From Eutreptiella sp. 'Long Island Sound 2002' (lineage: Eukaryota; Protista; Euglenida): a stretch of DNA of 64,000 nucleotides. The notes under the pieces are model-generated. The model saw only the letters and a program-made list of their open reading frames with translations, ran no database searches and was not told the DNA's origin. Position 1 is the first letter of the stretch. The number at the start of each line of letters is the position of its first letter. This document shows, piece by piece, positions 11,801-22,700 of the stretch. Where the stretch lies: positions 175,398,001-175,462,000 of the forward strand of contig OZ038378.1 in NCBI GenBank assembly GCA_964036045.1. The letters run 5' to 3'. The translations under genes were made by a program, and so were the position numbers.

Positions 11801-12804
11801 AGGCACACCGGCAAGTGTCTTTCCTGGAACTGGCGCTGGACTTCGAATCGTACACAGGGAGACCTCTCCCCCCTACCCCTCAGACACGATTCAAGGGAGG
11901 GGAGATGTCGCTGCAAGAGAAGGGAAGAGTCCTACGGCTGGCGGTCAGTCTGCTGGGGAAGGCGGCGGGCAGGGAGTCCATTCTCACGGCGGGCTTCACC
12001 AACAGGTGCCGCTCTCTGGTCCCGCTGGGGGCGGGCACCACGGCGGGGGTAAAAGGCAGGCCTATATTCACACGCCCAGCGGCGGTCTGGCACCACCTGC
12101 GCCGTATGCAGCAGTACAGCGCGAAGAGATGGGCCCACCAGCAGCAGGCAAAGGTGGCGCGACAGCAGAGCAAACGCCGACGAGCACAGGGCGTGAAGGT
12201 GAAGTCGGCACCGGCGCAGCAGCCCCAGGAAGTGAAGTGCCCGGGCAAGGGAGGAGCGAAGCGCTCGGCGGGGGCGTACGCCAGCGACTTCTACGCGGGC
12301 CCGGTGCTCCCACTGGGGACGAGGCGAGGCCCGCAGTACTGTGTCACCGAGGATCCGGACTTTCCGGAAGGAGCGGCGCGCTGTGGCAGAACGGCGCTTT
12401 TCACCCCGCCGCAAAAGTGCGCGGTGGCGAGACGCCCTGAGCAGGGGCCGCGGCTGCCACGCCTCTGGGTCTGCGTGGCACACCAACACAGACAATGCGC
12501 ATCCTGTGCAGCTGTGGGTCGGGGGGTGCGGCACTGCTGCGCCAGGGGACATGCCGGGCATCCGCGACCGACAATGCGGGGCCGACAGCCGGGGACACGA
12601 AGAGTGGAGGCCCACCCCCCTGGGGCGGGGGGCACACCGTCGGCGAAGAGACGCAGACGACAGCGGGGCCTGGACACGGCACCGGGCCGGGTGCGGGCAC
12701 ACAAGCGAGGAAGGGTGGATGCGACCCCCCCCCCCCCCCTGCCAAGAGGAGGCGCTGTACGCCGCCGGGCGCTGCCAAGCACGGGAGAGCAGGGACCGAG
12801 GTGA
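8872..12804 (+). pseudogene. LINE ORF2 reverse transcriptase and C-terminal domains
   Basis: KLRPLTVLSQIYRIW, AYGFRP, DYTKCFD, GVLQGCPLS (9559), YADD (10156), and a C-x2-C-x9-H-x4-C knuckle (11152-11208). One in-frame TAG at 9055, then a 1240-aa open frame. No RNase H recognised. Confidence 0.92.
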
Positions 12805-12990
12805 CATAACCCCCACGCCCCAGAGGTTCTGGCTCAGGTGAGGCCCCCTACCGCGACCCGAGCAGGCACCAGAGGCAGCTCCACAGCCCGTCAGGGCTGT
12901 AGCTTTTTGTCTTTTTCAAGCTGGCGCCTCAGGCGACCGCTGGGGGCCCTGGACCCATGCGGGCCTCCCTCTTTAATATTGTTCTACCCC

Positions 12991-12998
12991 TGCGCGCG

Positions 12999-13030
<32 letters not shown>

Positions 13031-13098
13031 GGAGTGCGGACAGAGCTGTAGAAAGATGCTGTATGATAGCGAACACTGTGAGATTGTTTCGAAAACGT

Positions 13099-13140
<42 letters not shown>
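12991..13140. repeat. (GC)n(AC)n and (AC)n microsatellites
   Basis: Read directly (12991-13029 and 13099-13140). Confidence 0.95.
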
Positions 13141-13142
<2 letters not shown>

Positions 13143-13632
13143 GGCTCACTCAACCAGGCTAAGCGTAGGTGTCGCAACTGTAAGGTCGTGGGATCGATCC
13201 CCAGTTAGGGCATGTCTGGAGGCGGGCGGTGGCAGCCGTGCGTCAAGGGCACCCTTTCTGGGGAAATTGCCAAATTGAGTAGGCCGTGGAGGCCGCCTCG
13301 CTGTGGCGAGCACCACCAGCTGTGAAAACCCCAATACACACACAACACACGGGGCGACATGGCGATGGCGGGCTCATTGAACTATTACCGTGGAGCTGGC
13401 CCAGCGGAAGCCACGGAGCTACCCAGGGTGATCCTGGGGCAGCGAGCCAGGTTCTGGCCCAAGTGCATATCACACTGGTCGAGGGACAATACAGGGATGC
13501 ACCCCTGGCCTGCACCAAAGGCCTACTATAATGGGGAGCGACCCGACCCGAGGACGCCAGTGTGGCCATACTGGTCCAACCGGGAAGACCTGGTAAAAAC
13601 GGTAGTACCACACACACACATACACATACACA
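13141..13632 (+). mobile_element. Putative tRNA-derived SINE-like element between (AC)n tracts
   Basis: Degenerate A-box (ctcaaccaggctaag), variable-loop aaggtc and T-arm GTGGG-ATCGATC-CCCA at 13188-13203. The body ends at an (AC)n-like tract at ~13608-13632. Confidence 0.4.
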
Positions 13633-13727
13633 CCTAATACAGTGTGGTGCAACCTACCAGATATGTTCCTCATGGGGCTGTCTCACTGTCTCTGGCCCTG
13701 TTCCACTGCGGCCTATTCCATGCGCAG

Positions 13728-16700
13728 AGCTGACCGCCGACATCAACGTGCAGTCTCACCAGCAGAGGGCGCATCAGGACGGCATTTGCCTTGCCATCAA
13801 AAACGGGCAGATGGATCGCGTGCTGCAGCTGGTTGATGAGGACCCGGGGCTTCTGAGCGTACGCGACCCAGTTGGGGCGACCCCGGTCCATGTCGCTTTC
13901 CTATACTTCCAGCATGACATTGGGAAGGAGCTGCTGCGGAGGTACCCAGAGCACGCCACAGATACATATGGTGACGGGCCCTACTGCGGGGAGAATGTTC
14001 TGCACATTGCAATCGTCCACAAGGATGTCGCCCTCGTCCAGTGGCTGCTGGACAAATTCCCAGAGCTGTATGTATGTATGCAAGGGAATGCCTGCATGGT
14101 GTTTGGGGTGGCACAGGCTTTGTAAGGGTGCAAAAGAAAAAGATAAAATATTTAAAAGTTTACGTTGCATCTTTTCAATGGACTCTATGCCAAAATGGGG
14201 GAGTGGGCAGCAAACCCCACTCAGTGACAGGGATGTAAGGGGCAGGGGAGGGTGTGTGTGCTATCAAGGCTAGTGAGTATGCTGGTTGCTGCTTCTGGGT
14301 GTATGTATTTGTTTACCTATTGAGGAGGGTCTCTTTTTGGCTAACCGCAAACAGCCAGGGGAAAATGTTTTTACCAGGTGAGAGTGGGACAGTTGTCTCT
14401 CTGCTCTCAAGTGCTGCTTCTGCCCCTGGGCTTCCCTCCCATGCTGGCGCTGGCATGCTCCACACAAAGTCTTTCCCAAGAAGACGGAGTTTAGAGGGTG
14501 CTCACCACCACTATTGTTGGAAATGTAACCCAGGGCCATGGGGGGGGGTTCCAGATCACCAAGGGCTACCCATTGTGCACACCATGCTCAGGCATTTTGC
14601 CGGTTGTTTCGGGGGTTTTCTGCCGCTGCAGTGTGCCAGTTGGCTCAACCAAGGCCCTTCAGTGAGACCCAGGTAGTTGTGTGCTTGCAGTGTTTACTTT
14701 ATCCGGGCCCTTTCGCGGGGCCTAGGTAGGTGTGTGCTTCCGATGTGTGCTCCATCAGGGTTCTCCGGTGAGGCCTAGATAGTTGTGTGCCGTGTTGTGC
14801 GACTGTGCTGTGTGTACGGGGAGGGTCGCAAAGCCCCACGGGAGTGAGCAGTAGCCACCCTGGTGCTACTGCTCACTCCCGTACCCCAAAGAAATGGGTG
14901 GGGGGGCATAGGGGCTTAGTGTTTCCAGTGTGGACAGGACTGGTTGGTCCATCATCCATTGTGAAGGCCATTTTCTTCAGGGTGTGGACAAGGTGCTGCA
15001 GGGGAGAGCGGGCAAAACCTGCGTGCTGTAGAGGGCTGCAGAGGGTTGTGGAGGTGGCAAGGACTTTCGAGGGCTGTGGAGGACTGGGGAGGGCTGTGGA
15101 CAGCTGGGGAGGGTTCAGGGTGCGGTTAGCCTTCTGGTGAAAGAACGTCAGCAAAAGGACTTACATACATCCATCCAAAGGCTCTTTTACCGTCTGGAGC
15201 CAGCTTGTCCTGGGACCTCAATGATTATTTGGATAAATGTGGCTGCCTGCATCGTTAAGTCTCTCGTTTCTGTGTACAGCTGCTTTACTTTGTGCAGTAT
15301 TAGCAACCAATCAATTCGAACACTGCTCCAGTGTGATGGGAGGGGGGCTGGATTGCCATCATTCAACCACCGTTGTAGTCTGTTTAACTGCAGTCGGTTA
15401 ACTCCCAACTACTTGGCTCTGTGTAGCAGACACAGTACAGACGTGGTTTGGGTTTCCTGTGTTGATGAACTCTGTAGTTTGCCATACCCAAGTGGCCAAT
15501 CTAGAAGGGACCCCAGCATTATAACCATGGTGGGCTCTGACTGAGGGTGAAGACTCACCACCACAAATGGGCCCTTGGACCTTGCAAAAGGAAGGTTCGT
15601 ATGGTAGCACAACCACCATCATGAGGGGCGAATTTATCCCCACTTTCGGCTCCCCAAGAAGAAATGGGTTATGTGGCCAATCTTTGACTGCCCAAGACGT
15701 GAGGCAGCAAGGATGACCTCGCCATTTATTGACTCCCTACTCTGGTGATCCCAAAGTGGACTACCAAAGGTGGTGGGTGGTTTTAGAGGGTTTCCTACCC
15801 CAAAGCGGCATGGGTTCTGTAGCTGGCCTTGATTCCCCGCCTTGGGGGCTGAAGATGGCATGGATTCCACACCCAATCCTTGACCCCTGGCTTTCTGGAC
15901 CCTTTTGACGGTGGGGTATGTGACCAATCCTTCACTTATGCTGTGGGACCATTAGACAGCACGTGCTGTGTACCAAATCTGTGTCTCCCCCATCTAGCCC
16001 CCCCCCGAGATGGCACACAAAGGGTATTTAGCTGATATTTAACCCCCCCCCCCCTCCTTGAGAGCTTTTCTTGTCTTTTCGCTCCAAACCCCCCAGACAT
16101 CAAGGTCAATCTCTGGGGACCTAAGACGATGGGGGTTGCTCAGCCGATCCTCTGTGCTAAAGTGCACTTGAGGGTTAGGAGCCTACATGTTCATGGTGAC
16201 AGAAATTAGAAAGTGCTGCATTGAGTTTGAGATCCGTTCTACATGGCTGGCACCGTAGCTTGTTGGTACCTTGTTGGTACCGCAATTTTCGAGTCCTGCG
16301 AACTTGGTGACGTCGAACGCCATTACCCTACCCTCCTTCGATGGCAAGCACCTGTGTTGCCTTTTGGGCGCACAGGATCATTGGGATTCATTTAGCTAAT
16401 GGGTCATCAATGCTTCTATTGAGGGGAAACACCTCTCTGATGCTAAGTGGACATCATTATGGCTTGCATGGCCTGTGGTTGCAACATGGTTAGGTGCCGC
16501 ACAATATCAATTGCAATGTGACGGCTTGGGGCAGAATATTATCAGCGAGCAGCCCAAGCAACTTCAAAAGGATATATAAACGCTAGAGCACGTTGTGTAT
16601 GGTGTGTTACATTGTGCACATCACTACAATACCCTTCATGCACAATTTCGCTATGCCTTTGCTGGCCAACATAGCTATTGGTGATGGGGACCCATGCCAC

Positions 16701-19700
16701 CTGTATATTGCATGTCCTCTGCAGGCGCTACAGGGGGAAGAAATGCGGGATGCTTTCTCTCAACATGGCATCCCTAGGGTGCTTGGTCGTGCGTCAGGCA
16801 AGCAACCCTAGTCTAATGGTCCTAGGGCATCTGTGCCTTGCTTCTTTGGGCGATGCAAACGTATTTCTACAAATAGTATTATTTACTGGACTGAACGAAT
16901 TTGCCTAGTAGTGACCAGGTATGCAAGGATGCGATGATGCATCCTTTGCACCCAACAGTACCCTCCAACTGTCGGTTAGCTGTCAGTTGCCCTCCAAAAG
17001 CCTTTGTGCCCTTCAACTGCGGAGCTCTGCAGACGCCAGAAAATGTTTCTTATCCTGCCACACCCTACTCTGCCCCCGCCATGCCTTTGTCTTAGCCATG
17101 GCTTTGCTTCAGGCTGAATGCAGAGGCGACGGGGCAGTTTTTTGACCGCTCTGGGTTGTGCTATTTGGGCGGATACCCACTTCTGTTTGCGGTGGCCAGT
17201 GACCAGCAGGCAATCGTCGAGTGCATCCTGACCACTGCACACAAGTACCCAGGGAAAGTGCTGCAGAACACGTTGGCGGTTGTAGATCAGTATGGCAATA
17301 CTGCTCTGCACTTGGCCGTCGTCGAACGGCTTCCGGACATGTATGACTTCATCTATGCCAAAATGGAGGAATTGGGCATGTCCCCGAAGGAGATTATGGA
17401 GGTCACCAACGCCGACGACCTAACTCCCCTTACATTGGCCGCCTCCTTAGGGGACACCATCATGTTCCCTCACCTACTGTCCAAAATGGCCGCCCTCGCA
17501 TGGGTCTATGGCCCCGTCCGCTGCAAAGTCCTTCCGCTTCGGGGCTTGGAGCAGCCCATCCAGCAGCCGGGGGGCAAGGTCCTGTTGAACTCGGTGGAGT
17601 GTTTGTGCTCGTTTGCCCCCAACGCCTATTCCTTCAACAGGAGCCAGGAGGAGGTGTGTGCAGGGCTTGTGCCGCTGTCCAACAATCCCCAACCGTTCCC
17701 CTCCTCCCCCATGCCGCGCCGAGGGATGCAGCTGCGGCTGTATGCGGCTCCCTGCCATGGCTGTTCAATCAGTGCTGCACCTGTAGTTCCTGCAGCCTAC
17801 TGCATATGCACGATGGCTGGCGGCACCACAGGCCACGCGATAGGCTGACGCACAGCAGTGTGCACGTGCCCCCACTGTCCCTCGCACAATGACACGCCGA
17901 CTGTGTTGCACCCTTGCAGTGTAGTGCCTGCGGCCCGCTCCCACCGCGCCGTGCAACGCGCTACCCGCCTTTTTTGCTGCAAGAAATGGCGCGTGGCATG
18001 GGGCAACCGACGGCCCAATATGGAACGGCCACCCTGGAGAGGCTGTCGGGCCAGGCACAGTGCAGCCCTGGACACGGTTGCGCCAACCCCCACCTGCCCC
18101 CAGTGGCAGCACACGCCCCCCCCCCCCCCCCCAGCCCCCATCCCGGCCCAATTTTCCACAGAAGCTCTCCACCTCAGTAACCCCCCCTCCGCCTGTGGGC
18201 GTCTCACCTCAAACCTTCGACTGTCTGCCTTTACGGCCGCCCTGCCCCTTGCTTCTCTGTTGTCTGCCTTTATGGCACATCCCTGCCCCACATGCCCCAA
18301 AGGACAGGGCACACACGAACCACCAATGACCCCCAAGAAACTGTGCCTTTTTAGGTGACTGCCTCTTCAGAGAAAAGCAAGGGACTGGGGAGGGGAGGGA
18401 GGGCCAAGCCCATGTTAGCAGGAGCCCCCCCCCCCCCTGGACCCCTTCCCCCCCCCCCCTCCTTCACCCCCCTCTAACCCCTGGGGCCGGACACCTTGGC
18501 GTGGTGTGGAGGCATGGTGGGTACTCCCCAGAACGAACAGGGGGTGGCTATGCCTCCTGTGACTAGACCATATCCATAGATCCTTAGCCACTCCTCAGCA
18601 AGCCACCCACCACTCTGTGATGCCGGTCAGGCCGCAGGCACAGTGGCCCTCCCCATGTGTTTAGGATTTGGTGGTGGGGGGCCTGTACCCACCGATGAGC
18701 CACAAGTGACATCACTGTCCACGGTAAGCTATATCTTTTGATCCATTGATCCTTTGATCCTTTGCTCTTTTCTGTGATCTCTCTGAGCTATTTACAGCGG
18801 ATGGTGCGGCGGGCATCCCGACCTAAGCGGTGGGGACCGCTTTGGCACACCATCTGCGCCTTGCACGCCGTGCTCTCCCCTGTTCTTGGTTTGCTCATTT
18901 GAGCTGCAAAGTATGCCCTGCTCTGTGACCTAGTAGATAAAGTACTGTGCTCATGCCTCTTACTTCGTAGGTTCGATCCCCACGTGCTCTGATCTGTGCT
19001 CCTTAGCAAACCAATTCTGGTAATGTTCTCCCCACCCACTGACCGATTTTGAAAAAGTTTCCCACACTATGCATTCAGGGCAGGCACAGAGCGCGCACAG
19101 CACCCTAGAGCTCACACAGAGCGCTCACAGCACAACACAGAGCATACACAGAGTGCGCACAGCACAGCACAGAGCAAACACAGAGCACACACAGCACAAC
19201 ACAGTACACAGAGCGCGCACAGCGCAGCACAAAGCGTACACAGAGTGCGCACAGCACGGCACAGAGCGTATACAGAGCGTGCACAGCGTAGCACAGCGCA
19301 TACACAAAACAAGGCGCTGACTCAGTCAAACAGGTTGTCCCCTGCTCTGTGCTCAACACCCAGGTTCAACGTCAGCTCTTTGCACACAACGTGCATACCA
19401 AGGTCAGGCGCCAGTCTGAGCGACAGTGCTGCATATGTGTGGTGGAGACACGGGGAGTGGGCACCCTTTCCCGGCAGTCAGCTGGCACGGGGCCCACGCG
19501 GATCGCCAGCAGCTCCTCTTCCTCCTCCTCCCCCTCCTCCTCCTCCCCTTCTGGTGATTTGTCCAGGCCAGCAAATTCTATTGCCTTCGGCAAGTCCACC
19601 TCGCAGAGAATCTACCCCGAGCAACACACACCCAAAATAGGGTGGAAACTACATAAATACGGGCTAAAACATGTTTTACATACCTTGGATGATCATTTTA

Positions 19701-22700
19701 GGTGATCACAATATCAAAAAAACAAGTTTCGAAAACTTCGATTTTTGAGCAGATTAGGGTGAAAAACTGCATAAGCAGGTTGTGTACCAATCCCTTGGGA
19801 GCCCCCCCCCCCTCCCCGGGACCTAATACCCAAATAGGGTGAAAAACATGTACATACGGCCTAAAACATGCTTTACATAGCTTGGATGGTCATTTTAGGT
19901 GGTCACAATATCAAAAAAACAAGTTTCAAAAACTTCCATTTTTGAGCTGTCCAGGGTGAAAAACTGCATAAGCAGGTTGTGTACCAATCCCTTGGGAGCC
20001 CCCCCCCCCTCCCCGGGACTCAATACCCAAATAGGGTGAAAAACATGTACATACGGCCTAAAACATGCTTTACATAGCTTGGATGGTCATTTTAGGTGGT
20101 CACAATATCAAAAAAACAAGTTTCAAAAACTTCCATTTTTGAGCTGTCCAGGGTGAAAAACTGCATAAGCAGGTTGTGTACCAATCCCTTGGGAGCCCCC
20201 CCCCCCCCTCCCCGGGACCTAATACCCAAATAGGGTGAAAAACATGTACATACGGCCTAAAACATGCTTTACATAGCTTGGATGGTCATTTTAGGTGGTC
20301 ACAATATCAAAAAAACAAGTTTCGAAAACTTCGATTTTTGAGGAGATTAGGGTGAAAAACCGCATAAGCAGGTTGTGTACCAATCCCTTGGGAGCCCCCC
20401 CCCCCTCCCCGGGACCTAATACCCAAATAGGGTGAAAAACATGTACATACGGCCTAAAACATGCTTTACATAGCTTGGATGGTCATTTTAGGTGGTCACA
20501 ATATCAAAAAAACAAGTTTCGAAAACTTCCATTTTTGAGCAAATTAGGGTGAAAAACTGCATAAGCAGGTTGTGTACCAATCCCTTGGGAGCCCCCCCCC
20601 CTCCCCGGGACCTAATACCCAAATAGGGTGAAAAACATGTACATACGGCCTAAAACATGCTTTACATAGCTTGGATGGTCATTTTAGGTGGTCACAATAT
20701 CAAAAAAACAAGTTTCAAAAACTTCCATTTTTGAGCTGTCCAGGGTGAAAAACTGCATAAGCAGGTTGTGTACCAATCCCTTGGGAGCCCCCCCCCCCCT
20801 CCCCGGGACCTAATACCCAAATAGGGTGAAAAACATGTACATACGGCCTAAAACATGCTTTACATAGCTTGGATGGTCATTTTAGGTGGTCACAATATCA
20901 AAAAAACAAGTTTCAAAAACTTCCATTTTTGAGCCGTCCAGGGTGAAAAACTGCATAAGCAGGTTGTGTACCAATCCCTTGGGAGCCCCCCCCCCCCCTC
21001 CCTGGGACCTAATACCCAAATAGGGTGAAAAACATGTACATACGGCCTAAAACATGCTTTACATAGCTTGGATGGTCATTTTAGGTGGTCACAATATCAA
21101 AAAAACAAGTTTCGAAAACTTCCATTTTTGAGCTGTCCAGGGTGAAAAACTAAATAAGCAGGTTGTGTACCAATCCCTTGGGAGCCCCCCCCCCCTCCCC
21201 GGGACCTAATACCCAAATAGGGTGAAAAACATGTACATACGGCCTAAAACATGCTTTACATAGCTTGGATGGTCATTTTAGGTGGTCACAATATCAAAAA
21301 AACAAGTTTCAAAAACTTCCATTTTTGAGCTGTCCAGGGTGAAAAACTGCATAAGCAGGTTGTGTACCAATCCCTTGGGAGCCCCCCCCCCCCCCTCCCC
21401 GGGACCTAATACCCAAATAGGGTGAAAAACATGTACATACGGCCTAAAACATGCTTTACATAGCTTGGATGGTCATTTTAGGTGGTCACAATATCAAAAA
21501 AACAAGTTTCGAAAACTTCCATTTTTGAGCTGTCCAGGGTGAAAAACTAAATAAGCAGGTTGTGTACCAATCCCTTGGGAGACCCCCCCTCCCGGACCTA
21601 ATACCTAAATAGGGTGAAAAACATGTACATACGGCCTAAAACATGCTTTACATAGCTTGGATGGTCATTTTAGGTGGTCACAATATCAAAAAAACAAGTT
21701 TCAAAAACTTCCATTTTTGAGCTGTCCAGGGTGAAAAACTGCATAAGCAGGTTGTGTACCAATCCCTTGGGAGCCCCCCCCCCCCTCCCCGGGACCTAAT
21801 ACCCAAATAGGGTGAAAAACATGTACATACGGCCTAAAACATGCTTTACATAGCTTGGATGGTCATTTTAGGTGGTCACAATATCAAAAAAACAAGTTTC
21901 AAAAACTTCCATTTTTGAGCTGTCCAGGGTGAAAAACTGCATAAGCAGGTTGTGTACCAATCCCTTGGGAGCCCCCCCCCCCCCCCTCCCCGGGACCTAA
22001 TACCCAAATAGGGTGAAAAACACGTAAATACGGCCTAAAACATGCTTTACATAGCTTGGATGGTCATTTTAGGTGGTCACAATATCAAAAAAGTAAGTTT
22101 CAAAAACTTCGATTTTTGAGCTGCCCAGCGTTAAAAACTGCATAAGCAGGTTGTGTCCCGGCCCATTCACTAGGCCATTATTGGTGGAAACAGTCATTTC
22201 GCGTCTTTGGCACGGGTTGTGAACGGCCCTAAGCATGGCTAGACACTGCAAAAAACGTCCTTCCGTATCCTAGTAGGCATATATTGTCACAACATCCCCA
22301 CTCGCACCCCTCAAAGTGGGTACCACGGGGTCACCGAGGTCGCCAAAACCGCCAACACAGCAAAAATGGCTGAAAAGTGCATAAACTGCCTTAGCGCTCG
22401 TCCCACTCCGCCCCATACAAACCCTATGGAGTCGGGACCCGGAAACACTTTTTCGGCTCAAAATCGAAAAAAACCAAAAGATTCGTGATTTTCGACCCAA
22501 AAAAAAGGGGGGGTCATTTTTTCGACATTTTTGACCCCCCCCCCCCCACCCCACACCCCCCCCCTAAAAAGTGGGTTTCAAGTGGGGGGGCTCTGGGGGG
22601 GTCCGGACCAAAAACTCATTGGGGGATGCGTTTGTTGGACAAAATAATGATTTTACAAGGGGTTAAACTAACAATTCAACCCCTTGGGGTAGGGTACGCG

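Larger units (their letters stand above)
4629..12990 (+). mobile_element. Apparently full-length APE-type non-LTR retrotransposon (LINE) with an internal inversion; inactive copy
   Basis: ORF1, AP-endonuclease, RT and CCHC motifs are all present. Flanked by t(gc)5acac (4614-4628) and t(gc)8acac... (12991 onward), a candidate target-site duplication. Confidence 0.9.

Noticed and set aside
4761-12841. Many 100-300 aa alternative-frame and antisense ORFs over the LINE
   Set aside because: Shadows of GC-rich coding sequence with no motifs of their own
13359-13637. First exon of the TRPV-like gene
   Set aside because: Available GT donors are phase 0 whereas the 13728 acceptor needs phase 1; the region looks like SINE body
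14935-14975. Polysaccharide deacetylase motif (MAFTMDDGP) on the minus strand
   Set aside because: Isolated short match with no other NodB motifs or splice signals
18919-18990. Functional tRNA-Met (CAT)
   Set aside because: Acceptor and anticodon stems do not pair; kept only as a tRNA-derived head
19628-22156. CRISPR array
   Set aside because: Units are ~198 bp and nearly identical throughout, with no unique spacers and no cas genes; eukaryotic context
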